A stretch of DNA of 64,000 nucleotides from Pelodictyon luteolum. GTDB taxonomy: Bacteria > Bacteroidota > Chlorobiia > Chlorobiales > Chlorobiaceae. The notes under the pieces were generated by a model. That model saw only the letters and a program-made list of their open reading frames with translations. It was not told the DNA's origin and searched no databases. Positions 42,937-55,640 of this stretch are shown here, one piece after another. Where the stretch lies: assembly GCF_001622165.1 (NCBI RefSeq), contig NZ_LVWG01000035.1, forward strand, positions 20,566 to 84,565, written 5' to 3'. How positions within the stretch are numbered: the stretch's first letter is position 1; each line of letters begins with the position of its first letter. The translations under genes and the position numbers were made by a program.

Positions 42937-43470
42937 TTACTCCCCCTCGAATTCAGTGAGAGAAAACACCTTATAGCCTTTTGCAAGAATCTTCGCTTCG
43001 CCACCGATGTCCGGCAGGTTCACAATGAAGGCCATCTCGGAGACCACACCGCCAACCTTTTCAACCAGAGACGCAGCGGCAAGCGCCGTTCCGCCGGTTG
43101 CGAGCAGGTCGTCGACGAGCAGCACACGCGCTCCCTTTTCGAGGGCGTCGATGTGAATTTCAATCTTGTCGGTGCCGTACTCCAGCGCATACTCCTGCGA
43201 CACGGTGTCGGCGGGAAGCTTTCCGGGCTTGCGGACCGGAACGAACCCCTTTCCGAGCGCATAGGCAAGCGCACTGCCGATGATGAAGCCACGGGCCTCG
43301 ATACCAACGATCACATCAAAATCAACACCGTTCTCCAGATAGCGCTGGGTCAGGTTGTCAATGACGAGCCGGAACCCGACGGGGTCCTTGATGAGGGTGG
43401 TGATGTCACGGAACATGATGCCCTTCTTCGGGTAGTCGGGAATCGCACGGATGCGGGACTTTATCGGCAT
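42937..43470 (-). CDS. apt: Adenine phosphoribosyltransferase
   Basis: IPDYPKKGIMFRDIT, RKPGKLP, YALEYG, VDDLLATGGT. Confidence 0.98.
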   Translation of the reverse strand: MPIKSRIRAIPDYPKKGIMFRDITTLIKDPVGFRLVIDNLTQRYLENGVDFDVIVGIEARGFIIGSALAYALGKGFVPVRKPGKLPADTVSQEYALEYGTDKIEIHIDALEKGARVLLVDDLLATGGTALAAASLVEKVGGVVSEMAFIVNLPDIGGEAKILAKGYKVFSLTEFEGE

Positions 43471-43509
43471 GGGAGGTTGCGGTTAAGTTTAAGCTGATAA
43501 ACGGAACCT

Positions 43510-44826
43510 TCAAGATAACAGTCTCGCATGTAATTGCAAACCATCGCCGAGCCCCTCAACCCTTACCGGCAGCTCTCTTCCGGCAAGCGGCTCTCCGCCG
43601 GCGGCAGCGGGCACGACGACCCTCAGATACTCGGGAGTGTAGCCGCTGAATCCCTCTTCAAAGAGCACCATCTGCTTGCTGCCTATCCGGGAGAGTGCGA
43701 ACGTGCGGGCCTTCCGCTCCCCAAGTTCGACGAGCAGTGCACTCCGCCGGGCAGCCTCCTTCGGGCTCACCCTCTCCCGTTCACCATCGGCAACCTGTCG
43801 CTGGAGAAGGGTACCGGGACGAACCGAACAGCTGAAGACATGGAGGTAGCTGAGCGGAAGCTCTCCGATGAAGCCATACATCGCCTGAAAATCCCCCTCC
43901 TCCTCGCCAGGGTACCCCACCATCACATCGGCACCAACCGCACACCCCGGGAGAACATCATGCAAAGAGTGCACCGCACGGCGATAATCATCGGTCGTGT
44001 AGCGCCGGCGCATTGCCTTAAGCACGGAGTCCGAACCGCTCTGGAGCGGCAGGTGGAAGTGCGGGACGATCCTCTCTGATGCGCCAACGACCCGGAGCAG
44101 GTCCTCATTCAGCATATCGGGCTCGAGGGAACTGATGCGGATGCGCGACACCGGCACATCCTCGAGCATCCGGAGAAGAGCGGCGAAATCCACCCCCCGG
44201 CTCAGGTAATCCCCGGTATTGACCCCGCTGAGCACGATCTCCCGGTACCCCGAATCGGCAAGCCGGCGGGCCTGGCGAAGAACCTCTTCGGGTTCGATGG
44301 AGCGAGAACGCCCCCGTGCGAGAGGAATAGTGCAATACGCACACATGTAGTCGCACCCGTCCTGAATTTTCAGGAACGCCCGTGTCCGACCCGAGCCTGG
44401 CGGGAGGGAACACCCCGGAGAGGCCGTACGGAGACGAGACAACGGCCCTGCGGCCACTGCCGGCAGAGCGGACCTACCAGCCTCAGCAACCGCCAAATAG
44501 CGATCAAGCTCGAACTTCTCTTTGTTGCCGAAAACCGCATCCACACCCTCAATCCCCCCGAGCACCTCGGGACTCAGCTGGGCGTAGCAGCCGATCACCG
44601 CAACCCGGCTGTGTGGATTGCGGCGGATGAGGCGCCTGATTTTCTGGCGGCACTTCTGTTCAGCCTGCCCCGTGACCGCGCAGGTGTGAATGATTAAGAG
44701 ATCTGCGCCCTCTTCGGGACCGCACGCCTCCCAGCCCCCATCAACAAGGCTCTGGAGGATGGAGGATGATTCTGCGTAGTTCAGCTTGCAGCCAAGCGTC
44801 ACCGCCGCAACTTTCTTTTTACTCAT
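43510..44826 (-). CDS. mtaB: tRNA t6A37 methylthiotransferase
   Basis: TLGCKLNYAES, HTCAVT, KIQDGCDYMCAYC..P.ARG, LHVFS. Confidence 0.92.
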   Translation of the reverse strand: MSKKKVAAVTLGCKLNYAESSSILQSLVDGGWEACGPEEGADLLIIHTCAVTGQAEQKCRQKIRRLIRRNPHSRVAVIGCYAQLSPEVLGGIEGVDAVFGNKEKFELDRYLAVAEAGRSALPAVAAGPLSRLRTASPGCSLPPGSGRTRAFLKIQDGCDYMCAYCTIPLARGRSRSIEPEEVLRQARRLADSGYREIVLSGVNTGDYLSRGVDFAALLRMLEDVPVSRIRISSLEPDMLNEDLLRVVGASERIVPHFHLPLQSGSDSVLKAMRRRYTTDDYRRAVHSLHDVLPGCAVGADVMVGYPGEEEGDFQAMYGFIGELPLSYLHVFSCSVRPGTLLQRQVADGERERVSPKEAARRSALLVELGERKARTFALSRIGSKQMVLFEEGFSGYTPEYLRVVVPAAAGGEPLAGRELPVRVEGLGDGLQLHARLLS

Positions 44827-44865
44827 GATGTTTCACAACCATTACGACAAGAACTCTATAACAAA

Positions 44866-44930
44866 CCAATTACGACCCAATTACGATCCCATAATGATCC
44901 CATATGATCCAATAACGATTCGATAACCAT
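44866..44930. repeat. Array of six degenerate ~11-bp direct repeats (CCAATWACGAT)
   Basis: CCAATTACGAC CCAATTACGAT CCCATAATGAT CCCATATGAT CCAATAACGAT TCGATAACCAT; a further partial copy at 44839-44848. Confidence 0.75.
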
Positions 44931-45010
44931 TCAGCTGCCACTAGCCCACCGTATAGCAACGTTAAAGAAACACAAAAAAACAGCACTGCACCTGCGACAC
45001 GATACACCAT
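44870..45010 (-). CDS. Possible 46-aa single-pass membrane protein
   Basis: MVYRVAGAVLFFCVSLTLLYGGLVAAEW...; the C-terminus is read from the repeat array, so it may be spurious. Confidence 0.3.
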   Translation of the reverse strand: MVYRVAGAVLFFCVSLTLLYGGLVAAEWLSNRYWIIWDHYGIVIGS

Positions 45011-45123
45011 GAACACAATAACTGAATATGATTGAGCAATATTCCCTTGCAGACAAAATTGCATTCTTCTATATTTCGTTTGTCCATTGACAACATATTC
45101 CACGAACAATAATCATAGACACT

Positions 45124-45570
45124 ATGGCACAGGATGTAACATCACCGGATAAATATGATCGCTTCATTCAGAAAATCGATCATTTCCAGTCGCTGGTTGA
45201 AGAGAAAAAGAACCTGCAGGCAAAAATAGCACAGATGCGGGATGAGTTCAATGCAACAATCCGCCCCCTCGAAAACGATCTGGCCGGCATCATCCGCAAT
45301 CTTGAAACCAACCTGTCGCGCCTGGAAAGCGGCGCTCCCGTGAAAGCCAGCTCCCCGAGGATTTCACGCGGACAGCTCGGCACCGCCGTAAAGGACCTGC
45401 TGCGTGCACATCCAGCAAAAGCCTTCAAGCCGAAAGAGATCGGCGATGCACTGGGAACTACAGGTGGCGCCTTCAGCGTCTGGTTCAACAAATACGGTGT
45501 GCATGACAACGACATCGAACGTATTCCTACCGGCAAGGAAGGCAAACGGTTCCTTTACAAAATCAAGTAA
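45124..45570 (+). CDS. Hypothetical protein: N-terminal coiled coil plus basic winged-helix-like C-terminal domain
   Basis: Heptad-like residues ~15-68; C-terminal AVKDLLRAH-PAKAFKPKEIGDALG-FSVWFNKY-ERIPTGKEGKRFLYKIK. Confidence 0.8.
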   Translation: MAQDVTSPDKYDRFIQKIDHFQSLVEEKKNLQAKIAQMRDEFNATIRPLENDLAGIIRNLETNLSRLESGAPVKASSPRISRGQLGTAVKDLLRAHPAKAFKPKEIGDALGTTGGAFSVWFNKYGVHDNDIERIPTGKEGKRFLYKIK

Positions 45571-45590
45571 GAACAAACGGTTTCATACTG

Positions 45591-45618
45591 GAAAAAGCGC
45601 GCTTCTGTGCGCTTTTTC
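45591..45618. terminator. Bidirectional terminator between the hypothetical gene and rodA
   Basis: GAAAAAGCGC-GCTTCTGT-GCGCTTTTTC. Confidence 0.75.
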
Positions 45619-45621
45619 TGT

Positions 45622-46848
45622 TCAGTAGCCGAGGTTGCGCTTATTATGGAAAAAGTTGAGAGCCAGGCCAACCATGATCATATTCCCGACAAGCGAAGAT
45701 CCCCCATAAGAAATAAACGGAAGCGGCACGCCGATGACAGGAATAAGACCAAGCGTCATGCCGATGTTGATGATGACATGAATCAGAAGCAATGAAACAA
45801 AACCGGCAAGCGTCAATTCGACAAAACGGTTTTTGATTGAAAAGATAGCCCAGATGAGGCGAAGCGTGAGGGCGGCGAACAGCATGATCAGCAACGCCGA
45901 ACCGATGAAGCCGAACTCCTCGGCAATGACACAGAAAATGAAATCCGTCCACTGTGCCGGAATGAAGCGCAGCTGGGTCTGGGTCCCCTCAAGAAATCCC
46001 TTTCCAAACAGCCCTCCCGAACTGATTGCAATCTTTGCCTGCAGCGCATTATAGCCCGCTCCCTGCGGGTCCGACATCGGGTCAAGGAAGGTCTGGATCC
46101 TTTTCATCTGGTGCGGCTTGAGGATCTCACCGGCAAACCGGTGCACAAACAACCCTGCAGCGAGACCCGAACCAACCACGGCGAGCTGATGTGGCTTGAA
46201 CCCCTGCTTCTGCACCATCATCGCCGCAAGCAAAAGCACACTGAGCCCCACGACAAACCATACGCTGAAAAAACCTGTCAGGAGGAGAAGCAGGGGTACG
46301 ACGAGGATCATAAGGATGTAGATGTCGAACCCCGCCATGATGATCATCGGCGCAATGAAGGAAAGGGCGGTCAGGGTGGTGCCCATGTCCGGCTGCAGCA
46401 TGATGAGCACTGCGGGAAAGATCGGTATGGCAAGGGCTGTCAGAAGATGCGGAAGGGAATGGATGTCGGTCTCGTCGTCTGAGAGGAAGCGTGCGAGAGC
46501 GAGAATGGTGGCCATCTTGGCGATCTCGGAGGGCTGGAAACTGAAGAGCCCTATCCGCACCCAGCTGGTCTGGCCGGCGATCTTTCTGCCGAAGATCAAT
46601 ACCGCAACAAGCATCAGCATGCCAAGGATGTAAAAGATGTAGGAACCATCCTTGATGACACGCACATCGTTGAAGTAGACGAACATCATCGCTACCACCC
46701 CGACAAGCGCCCAGGTCAGCTGACGATAGAAAAGCGTGGTATCGCCCGACCCGTTCGTCGCGCTGTAGACCGCCATGAGCCCGAACACCACAAGTCCGGC
46801 GAGCGGTCCCAGAAGCCAGTAATCAACTCCATGCTGTTTCATCATCAC
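45622..46848 (-). CDS. rodA: Rod shape-determining protein RodA (SEDS)
   Basis: [43 protein letters not shown]. Confidence 0.96.
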   Translation of the reverse strand: MMMKQHGVDYWLLGPLAGLVVFGLMAVYSATNGSGDTTLFYRQLTWALVGVVAMMFVYFNDVRVIKDGSYIFYILGMLMLVAVLIFGRKIAGQTSWVRIGLFSFQPSEIAKMATILALARFLSDDETDIHSLPHLLTALAIPIFPAVLIMLQPDMGTTLTALSFIAPMIIMAGFDIYILMILVVPLLLLLTGFFSVWFVVGLSVLLLAAMMVQKQGFKPHQLAVVGSGLAAGLFVHRFAGEILKPHQMKRIQTFLDPMSDPQGAGYNALQAKIAISSGGLFGKGFLEGTQTQLRFIPAQWTDFIFCVIAEEFGFIGSALLIMLFAALTLRLIWAIFSIKNRFVELTLAGFVSLLLIHVIINIGMTLGLIPVIGVPLPFISYGGSSLVGNMIMVGLALNFFHNKRNLGY

Positions 46849-46941
46849 GCGTCGCCTTTCAATTTTTCATTGTCTCCGTAAACCTTAATTTAGTATAGTA
46901 AACATTCACAGCACCCGCCAAAAATAACAAGGCTCTCCTTC

Positions 46942-47859
46942 ATGCCATCATCTTCATTCTCCTGCGGTTTCGCCAGCATCATCGGACCGCCGAATGCAGG
47001 CAAGTCCACCCTCATGAACGCGCTGCTCGACTGCAAGCTCTCCATCGTCACACCGAAGCCGCAGACCACCCGTAAACGCATCACCGGCATCTATCACGAC
47101 GAGCGGATGCAGGTCGTCTTCCTCGACACCCCGGGCATCATGGAACCCATGCAGAAGCTGCACGAAGCGATGCTTCTGGCAACCCGCGACACCCTTCGAG
47201 ACGCCGACGTCATCATAGCCATGCTCCCCTTCAGGAAAAAAGAGGGGCCCTTTGATCGCGATTTTGCCTCAACACTCCAGAACGACTGGCTGAAAACCGC
47301 AGGCAAACCCGTCGTCGCCGTCTTCAACAAGAGTGACCTCGTCACCCTTAAAGAACAAAGCGAAGCCGAAGCCTTCATCAGGGAGGCGTGGAACCCCGCC
47401 GCCGTGCTGAGCATCTCGGCCTTGAAGGGGGTAAACCTCCCGGAGCTCCTCGAAGCCCTACGGCCTTTTCTTCCCATGAACCAGCCGCTCTACCCCGAAG
47501 ATGCGCTGAGCACTGCACCCGAGAGGTTCTTCGTGAGCGAAATCATCCGCGAGAAGATCTTCCTCCTTTACGGCCGCGAGGTCCCATACTCGGCCGAGGT
47601 CGTCGTCGACGAGTTCCGTGAACAGCATGAGAATGACCCCTCCCGCAAAGACCTCATCCGCTGCTCCGTCATTGTAGAGCGCGATACCCAGAAGCAGATC
47701 CTTATCGGCCACAAAGGCCAGGCCCTCAAAAAGCTCGGTCAGACCGCACGTACTGAAATCGAGGAGCTGCTCGGCCGCCCGGTCTTTCTCGAGCTCTTCA
47801 TCAAGGTCCGCCCTGACTGGCGAAAAAAACATACCCTCCTGAAATCATACGGCTATTAA
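46942..47859 (+). CDS. era: GTPase Era
   Basis: [29 protein letters not shown] domain. Confidence 0.97.
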   Translation: MPSSSFSCGFASIIGPPNAGKSTLMNALLDCKLSIVTPKPQTTRKRITGIYHDERMQVVFLDTPGIMEPMQKLHEAMLLATRDTLRDADVIIAMLPFRKKEGPFDRDFASTLQNDWLKTAGKPVVAVFNKSDLVTLKEQSEAEAFIREAWNPAAVLSISALKGVNLPELLEALRPFLPMNQPLYPEDALSTAPERFFVSEIIREKIFLLYGREVPYSAEVVVDEFREQHENDPSRKDLIRCSVIVERDTQKQILIGHKGQALKKLGQTARTEIEELLGRPVFLELFIKVRPDWRKKHTLLKSYGY

Positions 47860-47931
47860 AATAAGGAGCAGTAGCCGCGACGACCCGAAATATGCAGCCC
47901 TCTCTTCAGGGTCCTTTTTTGATGGAACGCA

Positions 47932-47966
47932 GAAAAGCCCTCCACCTGTAAAGGGGAGGGCTTTTC
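47932..47966. terminator. Bidirectional terminator between era and rpsA
   Basis: GAAAAGCCCTCC...GGAGGGCTTTTC. Confidence 0.8.
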
Positions 47967-47995
47967 TCATTGTTGTATCGAGGAACGGGCGGGGC

Positions 47996-49768
47996 TTACT
48001 GCCTGTCGCCTTTCCTGTCGGATCCCTTCGGCTGGGGTTCCAGCTCGGCGGTAGCGTCCTCGATCTCCTTTTTCTCGTTCGGATGAGCCTGAAGGTACGA
48101 CTCGATCTCCTCCTTGCTCTTGTCCTTGAAGTACTCGAGTGCGGAGAGGATGATGCGCTTGTTCTCCTTGTCGAACTCAATGACGCGGAGCGGAAGCTCG
48201 TCGCCGGCCTTGAAGGAGGTGTGGATGTCCTTCACTCCACCCTGAAGAAGATGGGTCACCGGAACAAAGCCATCGACATCACCCGGAAGGATCACAATGA
48301 CGCCCTTCTCGATGATCTGCGAGACCTGGCCCGGGGTTTCAGCACCGACAGCGTACTGCTGCTCGAAGCCACCCCACGGATCGGGGTTGATCTGCTTGTG
48401 GCCGAGGGCGATGCGGCGTGCGTGCACGTCGAACTTCAGCACCTTGACATCGAGCTCCTGGTTCTTCTTCACCAGTTCGCTCGGGTGGCGGATCTTCTTT
48501 GTCCATGACAGGTCGGAAATGTGCACCAGACCATCGACACCTGCCTCGAGCTCGACAAAGACGCCGAAGTCGGTGATGTTGCTGACGGTGCCCTTGTGAA
48601 GCGACCCTTCAGTGTACTTCTCGCTGAGAGCGATCCAGGGGTCCTCGTTGACCCGCTTCATGGAGAGCGAAAGCTTGGTATGATCCTTGTCGATGTTCAG
48701 AATCACGCACTCGACTTCCTGTCCGAGGGTGACGAACTGACCCGGATGCTTGATATGCTGCGTCCAGCTCATTTCGGAGATATGGACGAGGCCTTCGATG
48801 CCCTTCTCGATCTCGACGAAAGCGCCGTAATCGGTGATGGAGACAACGCGGCCCTGAGCTTTGGAGCCCACAGGGTATTTGAGTTCGATGTTTTCCCAGG
48901 GGTGCGCCTCAAGCTGCTTCATACCGAGGGAGACACGCTTGGTGTTCTCGTCGAAACCGACGACAACGACCTTGATCGGCTGATCGAGCTCAACAACCTC
49001 GGAAGGATGGTTGATGCGGCCCCAGGTGATGTCGGTGATATGGACGAGACCGTCGAGACCGCCGAGATCGACGAAGATACCGAAATCGGTGATATTCTTG
49101 ACCGTGCCCTCGAGCACCATGCCGACCTTGATGTTGGCAAGCATTTCCTCGCGGCGTGCAGCGTACTCCTCCTCAAGAATGACCTTGTGGCTGACGACGA
49201 TATTCTGGGTGACGGGGTTGATCTTGACGACCCTGAAGTCCATGGTCTGGCCGACAAGTGCGTCGAAATCGCGGACAGGTTTGACATCGATCTGCGAGCC
49301 GGGAAGGAAGGCCTCCACGCCGGAAAGCGAAACCGTCATGCCGCCTTTGACGCGGTTGATGATCTTGCCGTTGATGATCGTGTCGTTCTCGATTGAATCG
49401 TAGATCTTGTCCCAGATACGAAGGACGTCGGCTTTCTTCTTGGAGAGGATGAGCTGGCCCATCTTGTCCTCGATGTTCTCGAGGTAGACCTCGACATCGT
49501 CGCCGACCTTGATTTCATCATCATCGCGGAACTCGAGCAGGGAGACGATGCCTTCCGACTTGAATCCGACGTCGATGGTGACGTCCTTGTTGGAGATCGA
49601 GACGATGCGTCCCTTTACGATCTCGTCTTCGGTGATTTCATTGAGCGTGCTGGTGTACAGCTGCTCCATCTGGGAAAGCTCTGCGGGCTCGTAGTGAGCA
49701 AAATACTTGATTTTCTTTCTCGCGGGTTTTTCCTTGACCGTTTTTTCGACTGCTACAGTTTCTAACAT
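47996..49768 (-). CDS. rpsA: 30S ribosomal protein S1
   Basis: Six S1 repeats ([35 protein letters not shown]). Confidence 0.98.
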   Translation of the reverse strand: MLETVAVEKTVKEKPARKKIKYFAHYEPAELSQMEQLYTSTLNEITEDEIVKGRIVSISNKDVTIDVGFKSEGIVSLLEFRDDDEIKVGDDVEVYLENIEDKMGQLILSKKKADVLRIWDKIYDSIENDTIINGKIINRVKGGMTVSLSGVEAFLPGSQIDVKPVRDFDALVGQTMDFRVVKINPVTQNIVVSHKVILEEEYAARREEMLANIKVGMVLEGTVKNITDFGIFVDLGGLDGLVHITDITWGRINHPSEVVELDQPIKVVVVGFDENTKRVSLGMKQLEAHPWENIELKYPVGSKAQGRVVSITDYGAFVEIEKGIEGLVHISEMSWTQHIKHPGQFVTLGQEVECVILNIDKDHTKLSLSMKRVNEDPWIALSEKYTEGSLHKGTVSNITDFGVFVELEAGVDGLVHISDLSWTKKIRHPSELVKKNQELDVKVLKFDVHARRIALGHKQINPDPWGGFEQQYAVGAETPGQVSQIIEKGVIVILPGDVDGFVPVTHLLQGGVKDIHTSFKAGDELPLRVIEFDKENKRIILSALEYFKDKSKEEIESYLQAHPNEKKEIEDATAELEPQPKGSDRKGDRQ

Positions 49769-49865
49769 GCTTTTTTCCTTTCTCTCAGGTGATTTCCGGG
49801 CCTGCCGCGAGAGATTTCGGCAGGGGGTTTCAGGGTTGATTAAAAATTACTATCGGAAAAACCCG

Positions 49866-50582
49866 CTAAGAGCGGTTTTCCCGTTCTTTCTCTACAGCCA
49901 TTCCATATACCATCTCGACCTGCTCATCGATTGAGAGTGTCGAAGTATCGATCTTTACGGCATCGGGATGCTTCCGGAGGGGAGCAAGCTCCCGCTCGGC
50001 ATCAGCACGGTCCCGTTCAACAATCTCCCGCTCGAGGGACTCGAGATCCGGCAGGCCGGTCCCGTCGGGGGACTTCGCCTGGAGTTCGAGCAGCCGCCTC
50101 ATGGCCCGCTGGCGGGCATCGGCGACAAGAAAAATCTTCAGTTCGGCTTCCGGGAACACAACGGTGCCGATATCGCGACCGTCCATCACAACCCCGCGGC
50201 CGCGGCCAAGCGTCTGCTGCATGACGAGGAGGGTGTCTCGGACCGGCTTCAGGGAGCTGATGAAGCTCACCTCACGGCTCACCCTGTTGTCTCGGATTTC
50301 ACGGCTGACGTCGCGCCCCTCAAGCAGGACCCGGTCGCCTTCAAACGCAATGGAGATTCCTTCAAGGATTCCAGCCACCTTTTCGGGTGCCTGTTTCAGG
50401 GTGTCGAGCAGTCCGTTTTCGATCGCCTTCAGGGCCACCGAGCGGTACATCGCCCCGGTATCTATGTAGGTGTAGCCAAGCTTTCCCGCCACCTTCCTCG
50501 CTGTCGTGCTCTTGCCCGAAGCGGCCGGTCCGTCAATGGCTATGATGATCCTGTGGGTACTGATTTCGCCGTTCTCCTGCAT
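49866..50582 (-). CDS. cmk: Cytidylate kinase
   Basis: [35 protein letters not shown]. Confidence 0.97.
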   Translation of the reverse strand: MQENGEISTHRIIIAIDGPAASGKSTTARKVAGKLGYTYIDTGAMYRSVALKAIENGLLDTLKQAPEKVAGILEGISIAFEGDRVLLEGRDVSREIRDNRVSREVSFISSLKPVRDTLLVMQQTLGRGRGVVMDGRDIGTVVFPEAELKIFLVADARQRAMRRLLELQAKSPDGTGLPDLESLEREIVERDRADAERELAPLRKHPDAVKIDTSTLSIDEQVEMVYGMAVEKERENRS

Positions 50583-50690
50583 TTTGAATTAGCCTGCTAT
50601 TTTATAAAATAAATTTGCTTTTTCCAAACATAATGGTTAGATGAAAAGGCCTTATATTTACGTCCGTTTTGAATCAAAATATTTCTCCAT

Positions 50691-51782
50691 ATGGCACTCC
50701 GCTGCGGCATCGTCGGCCTCCCCAACGTCGGCAAATCAACCCTCTTCAACGCCATCACCGCGAAACAGGCGGAAGCGGCCAACTACCCGTTCTGCACCAT
50801 TGAACCCAATGTCGGCACGGTCCTCGTGCCCGACCCCAGGATGCAGGCGATTGCCGACGTTGTCAAGACACCTACTCTGGTACCGACCACCCTTGAAATC
50901 GTCGACATCGCCGGCCTCGTCAAAGGCGCCAGCAAAGGCGAAGGGCTCGGAAACCAGTTCCTCTCGCACATCCGCGAGGTCGACGCCATCGTCCACGTAG
51001 TCCGCTGCTTCGACGACCCCGACATCATCCATGTTGAAGGAAAGATCGACCCCCAGGACGACATCAACACCATAGATACTGAACTCATGCTCGCCGACCT
51101 CGAGGGCATGGAGAAAAAGATGGAGAAGCTCCGCAAAAATGCCCGGAAGGAAAAAGAGCTCATCCTGCAGGTCGAGCTCGGAGAGAAAATCATCAAGGGC
51201 CTTTCCGACGGCATCCCTGCCCGCAGGATCATTGAAACCCCCGAAGAGGCCGAGGCGGCCAAGCAGTTCTTCCTTCTCACGTCCAAGCCGCTCCTCTATG
51301 CGGCCAACGTCGGCGAGAACGACCTGCCGGGCGGCAACGGGTACACGAAACTGGTTGAAGCCATAGCGGCCGAATCCGGCTCGAAGATGCTCATCATCAG
51401 TGCGAAAACCGAAGCCGAGATCGCCGAACTCCCGGTGGAGGAGCGCCCGGAGTTCCTCGAGAGCCTCGGCCTCGAGATGTCGGGCCTCGACCGCCTTATC
51501 CAGACCGCCCACGACCTTCTCGGTCTGCAGGTATACTTTACGGCCGGCGTCAAGGAGGTCCATGCATGGACCATCCGCAAAGGTGCAGCCGCACCTGAAG
51601 CCGCAGGAGCGATCCACAGCGACTTCGAGAAGGGGTTCATCCGTGCGGAGGTGATGTCGTGGCGCGACCTCGTCGAGCTCGGTTCCGAACAGAAGGTGAA
51701 AGAGGCCGGCAAGCTCCGCAGCGAAGGCCGGGACTACATCGTCAAGGACGGTGACGTCATCGTCTTCCGCTTCAACGTTTAA
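50691..51782 (+). CDS. ychF: Ribosome-binding ATPase YchF
   Basis: [37 protein letters not shown]. Confidence 0.98.
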   Translation: MALRCGIVGLPNVGKSTLFNAITAKQAEAANYPFCTIEPNVGTVLVPDPRMQAIADVVKTPTLVPTTLEIVDIAGLVKGASKGEGLGNQFLSHIREVDAIVHVVRCFDDPDIIHVEGKIDPQDDINTIDTELMLADLEGMEKKMEKLRKNARKEKELILQVELGEKIIKGLSDGIPARRIIETPEEAEAAKQFFLLTSKPLLYAANVGENDLPGGNGYTKLVEAIAAESGSKMLIISAKTEAEIAELPVEERPEFLESLGLEMSGLDRLIQTAHDLLGLQVYFTAGVKEVHAWTIRKGAAAPEAAGAIHSDFEKGFIRAEVMSWRDLVELGSEQKVKEAGKLRSEGRDYIVKDGDVIVFRFNV

Positions 51783-51796
51783 CCGAGGCACCCCCC

Positions 51797-52612
<816 letters not shown>

Positions 52613-52716
52613 GGACCCGGAAGGTATCGCCCCGGCACTTTCAAACCATTCCATTTCTTCTTACTTTCACTTGCGGCAAATCCGCCGGGATCATTCATCC
52701 TATCAAGAGTGCAAGC

Positions 52717-53679
52717 GTGAAAGTAAACCTCGACAGAAACTCCTCCGGCTTCTGCATCGGCGTTCAGGGAACCATCCATGTCGCTGAAGAAAAGCTCCGG
52801 GCCGAAATCGGCCTCTACTCTCTCGGTGACGTAGTCCACAACGAAGTGGAGGTAAAACGCCTTGAAAGCCTCGGGCTCGTGACCATCGATGACCAGGCAT
52901 TCCGGGAGCTCAGAGACGCACCGGTCCTCATCCGTGCGCACGGCGAGCCCCCCTCGACCTACGAAACAGCCAGAGCAAACAACCTTGAAGTCACCGACAC
53001 CACATGCCCCGTCGTTGCCAAACTGCAGCGTACGGCGCGCCAGCTTTATCAGCTAGGCTATCAGGTCGTCATCTACGGCAAACCGGTTCACCCGGAAGTA
53101 ATCGGCATCAACGGCCACGCCTCCAACAGCGCTGTCATCATCAAGCATGCCGACCTCTCGGACCCTGCCGAAACGGCACCGCTCGACCTCTCAAGGAAAA
53201 CGGCGCTCATCTCGCAGACCACCATGGATGTCCCCGGGTTCTACCAGCTCAAGGAGAACCTCGAAGCCCTGTTCCGCAATGCAGGAAACCCTCAGGAAAA
53301 ACCATGGACAGAGGTGCGGGACATCGACATCACGCTCGGTCTCACCGGCATGCAGCCGACTGCCCCCCATGTATACAAGGACACCATCTGCCGCCAGGTC
53401 TCAAGCCGCAACAGTAAACTGCACGACTTCGCCCTTTCGAACGACTGCATCATCTTCGTTGCCGGAAAGAAAAGCTCCAACGGCCAGGTACTCTACAACA
53501 TATGCCGCGACGCCAACCCCCGAAGTTATTTCATTGAAGATACCGGGGACCTCGACGAAGGCTGGCTGAAAGAAGCAAACGGCTCCCCGGTCGGAAGCGT
53601 CGGAATCTGCGGAGCCACGTCCACCCCTATGTGGCTTCTGGAAAAAGTTGCCCGTCACATTGAATCACTGGAGCGATGA
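52717..53679 (+). CDS. ispH: 4-hydroxy-3-methylbut-2-enyl diphosphate reductase
   Basis: GFCIGV, VVHN, IRAHG, DTTCPVV, DTIC, KKSSN, GATSTP. Confidence 0.95.
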   Translation: MKVNLDRNSSGFCIGVQGTIHVAEEKLRAEIGLYSLGDVVHNEVEVKRLESLGLVTIDDQAFRELRDAPVLIRAHGEPPSTYETARANNLEVTDTTCPVVAKLQRTARQLYQLGYQVVIYGKPVHPEVIGINGHASNSAVIIKHADLSDPAETAPLDLSRKTALISQTTMDVPGFYQLKENLEALFRNAGNPQEKPWTEVRDIDITLGLTGMQPTAPHVYKDTICRQVSSRNSKLHDFALSNDCIIFVAGKKSSNGQVLYNICRDANPRSYFIEDTGDLDEGWLKEANGSPVGSVGICGATSTPMWLLEKVARHIESLER

Positions 53680-55640
53680 ACACCATATCCCTCATCATCA
53701 ACGGCCTACCCGTGAGGGCCGCGCGGGGCACCACCATCCTTGCCGCAGCGGCCGACGCCGGCGTTACGATCCCCACCCTCTGCCACAGTGAACGACTGGA
53801 ATCCACCGGATCCTGCTGGATGTGCATCGTGGAGCTGAAAGGCCGGAACCGCTTTGTGCCGGCCTGCAGCACCACCGCAACGGACGGTATGGAGATCGAG
53901 ACCGAAAACGCGGACATCGACAAGATGCGGCGGGAGAGCCTCCAGCGCATCCTTGACCAGCATACCGGCGACTGCCAGGGTCCATGCGAAACATCCTGCC
54001 CTGCCGGCTGCAATATCCCGGGGTTCATCGACGCCATCGCAAACGGCAACGATCGACGGGCCATTGAAATCATCAAGGACTCCATCCCCCTTCCGGCCAT
54101 GCTCGGAAGGATCTGCCCGGCACCCTGTGAGGAAGAGTGCCGCCGGAACGGAGTAGACGAACCGGTCTCCATCTGCGCCCTCAAGCGCCATGCCGCCGAC
54201 ATCGACATTGCTTCGGAGGAACGGTTCATTCCCCCGCCCGCGCCGGAAACCGGCAAAAAGGTTGCCGTCATCGGTTCCGGCCCCGCCGGCCTCAGCGCGG
54301 CATACTACCTCCGAAAGGGGGGCCACCGTGTCACCGTCTTCGAAGCCGAACCGGAGCCCGGCGGCATGATGCGACAAGCCATTCCCCGATTCCGGCTGCC
54401 CGAGTCAGTGATCAGGGCCGACATCGCCCCGCTCGAAGCCATGGGCGTGGAGTTCCGCTGCGGCACCGCCTTCGGAAGGGATGTCACCACTGAAGAGCTG
54501 AAGAAGGACTACGACGCCCTGCTCCTTGCCGTCGGAGCGCAGCTGTCCGCCCGGCTCGGCATCCCCGGTGAAGATTCTCCGGGGGTCATCTGCGGCATCA
54601 GTTTCCTGAAAAAAGCCGCTCTCGGCGAAAAGCTGGAGATCGGCAGAAAGGTACTCGTCATCGGAGGCGGCAACACGGCCATCGACGCAGCACGGACCGC
54701 CCTCTGCCTCGGCGCAGAGTCGGTGGAAATCATCTACCGCCGCTCGACTGAAGACATGCCGGCCAACCGGCCGGAAATCCGGGAAGCGCTTGCCGAAGGA
54801 GTGAGGATCACCCCGTACACCGCTCCCCTCTCTATCGAGTCATCCGACGGGCAGCTGGTTCTCACCGCCCTCAGAATGGAAGCCGGAACCCCGGACAAAA
54901 GCGGCAGGCAAAGGCCTGTACCGGTTGCTGGCTCCGACTTCACCATCACGGCCGATACCCTCATTACGGCCATCGGCCAGGAGATTGATCGGGAGATTTC
55001 AAAAGCAGCCGGACTGCATCCGTTCCAGAACAACCGCATGCCCGTCGATCGACACACGCTCCAGTCCACCGAAGGGTGGATATTCGCTGCCGGTGACTGC
55101 GTGACGGGAGCCGACATTGCCGTCAAAGCCGTGGCGGCGGGAAAAACAGCCGCACATTCAATCGAGCAGTTCCTCGCCGGCAAGGAACCCTCGTCCCCCC
55201 CTCGCCCGTTCAACTCATCCTACGGGCCGAGACACGAAGCGCCCGATGCACTCAGGGCAAATGCATCAGCTGAAAGCAGAATCCCCATGCAGGAAATCGG
55301 ACACGAGATGAGAACCGGGGGGTTTGAAGAGGTCGCAAAGGGTTACAGCCCGGATGAAGCCCGCAGAGAGGCCCTGCGCTGCATGCAGTGCCGCTGCAGC
55401 GACATCAATACCTGCCGCCTGCGCGAACTGGCCACCCGCTACCGGCCGGAAACGCAGCCCATCAAAACAGAACACCGCGGATTCAGCCGCGAAATACTTG
55501 GCGGAATACGGGTTGAACGGGAGAAATGCGTGGACTGCGGCATCTGCATCCGCACACTGCAGGAAGAGGGAAGCGGCCGGATGGAAGTCATTGCGGGAAA
55601 CTGCCCCACAGGAGCGCTCTCAGTGGCCAAACAGGGCTGA
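53676..55640 (+). CDS. GltD/SfrB-like flavo-iron-sulfur oxidoreductase with N-terminal [2Fe-2S] and C-terminal [4Fe-4S] domains
   Basis: IPTLC..GSCWMC..PAC; [11 protein letters not shown]; [12 protein letters not shown]; GSGPAG; GGGNTA; RCMQCRC; KCVDCGIC...CPTGAL. Confidence 0.88.
   Translation: MNTISLIINGLPVRAARGTTILAAAADAGVTIPTLCHSERLESTGSCWMCIVELKGRNRFVPACSTTATDGMEIETENADIDKMRRESLQRILDQHTGDCQGPCETSCPAGCNIPGFIDAIANGNDRRAIEIIKDSIPLPAMLGRICPAPCEEECRRNGVDEPVSICALKRHAADIDIASEERFIPPPAPETGKKVAVIGSGPAGLSAAYYLRKGGHRVTVFEAEPEPGGMMRQAIPRFRLPESVIRADIAPLEAMGVEFRCGTAFGRDVTTEELKKDYDALLLAVGAQLSARLGIPGEDSPGVICGISFLKKAALGEKLEIGRKVLVIGGGNTAIDAARTALCLGAESVEIIYRRSTEDMPANRPEIREALAEGVRITPYTAPLSIESSDGQLVLTALRMEAGTPDKSGRQRPVPVAGSDFTITADTLITAIGQEIDREISKAAGLHPFQNNRMPVDRHTLQSTEGWIFAAGDCVTGADIAVKAVAAGKTAAHSIEQFLAGKEPSSPPRPFNSSYGPRHEAPDALRANASAESRIPMQEIGHEMRTGGFEEVAKGYSPDEARREALRCMQCRCSDINTCRLRELATRYRPETQPIKTEHRGFSREILGGIRVEREKCVDCGICIRTLQEEGSGRMEVIAGNCPTGALSVAKQG

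Noticed and set aside
44870-45109. 79-aa version of the minus-strand ORF
   Set aside because: N-terminal part runs through the promoter of the divergent gene; only a 46-aa version is kept, at low confidence
50736-51791. 351-aa minus-strand ORF
   Set aside because: Antisense to ychF
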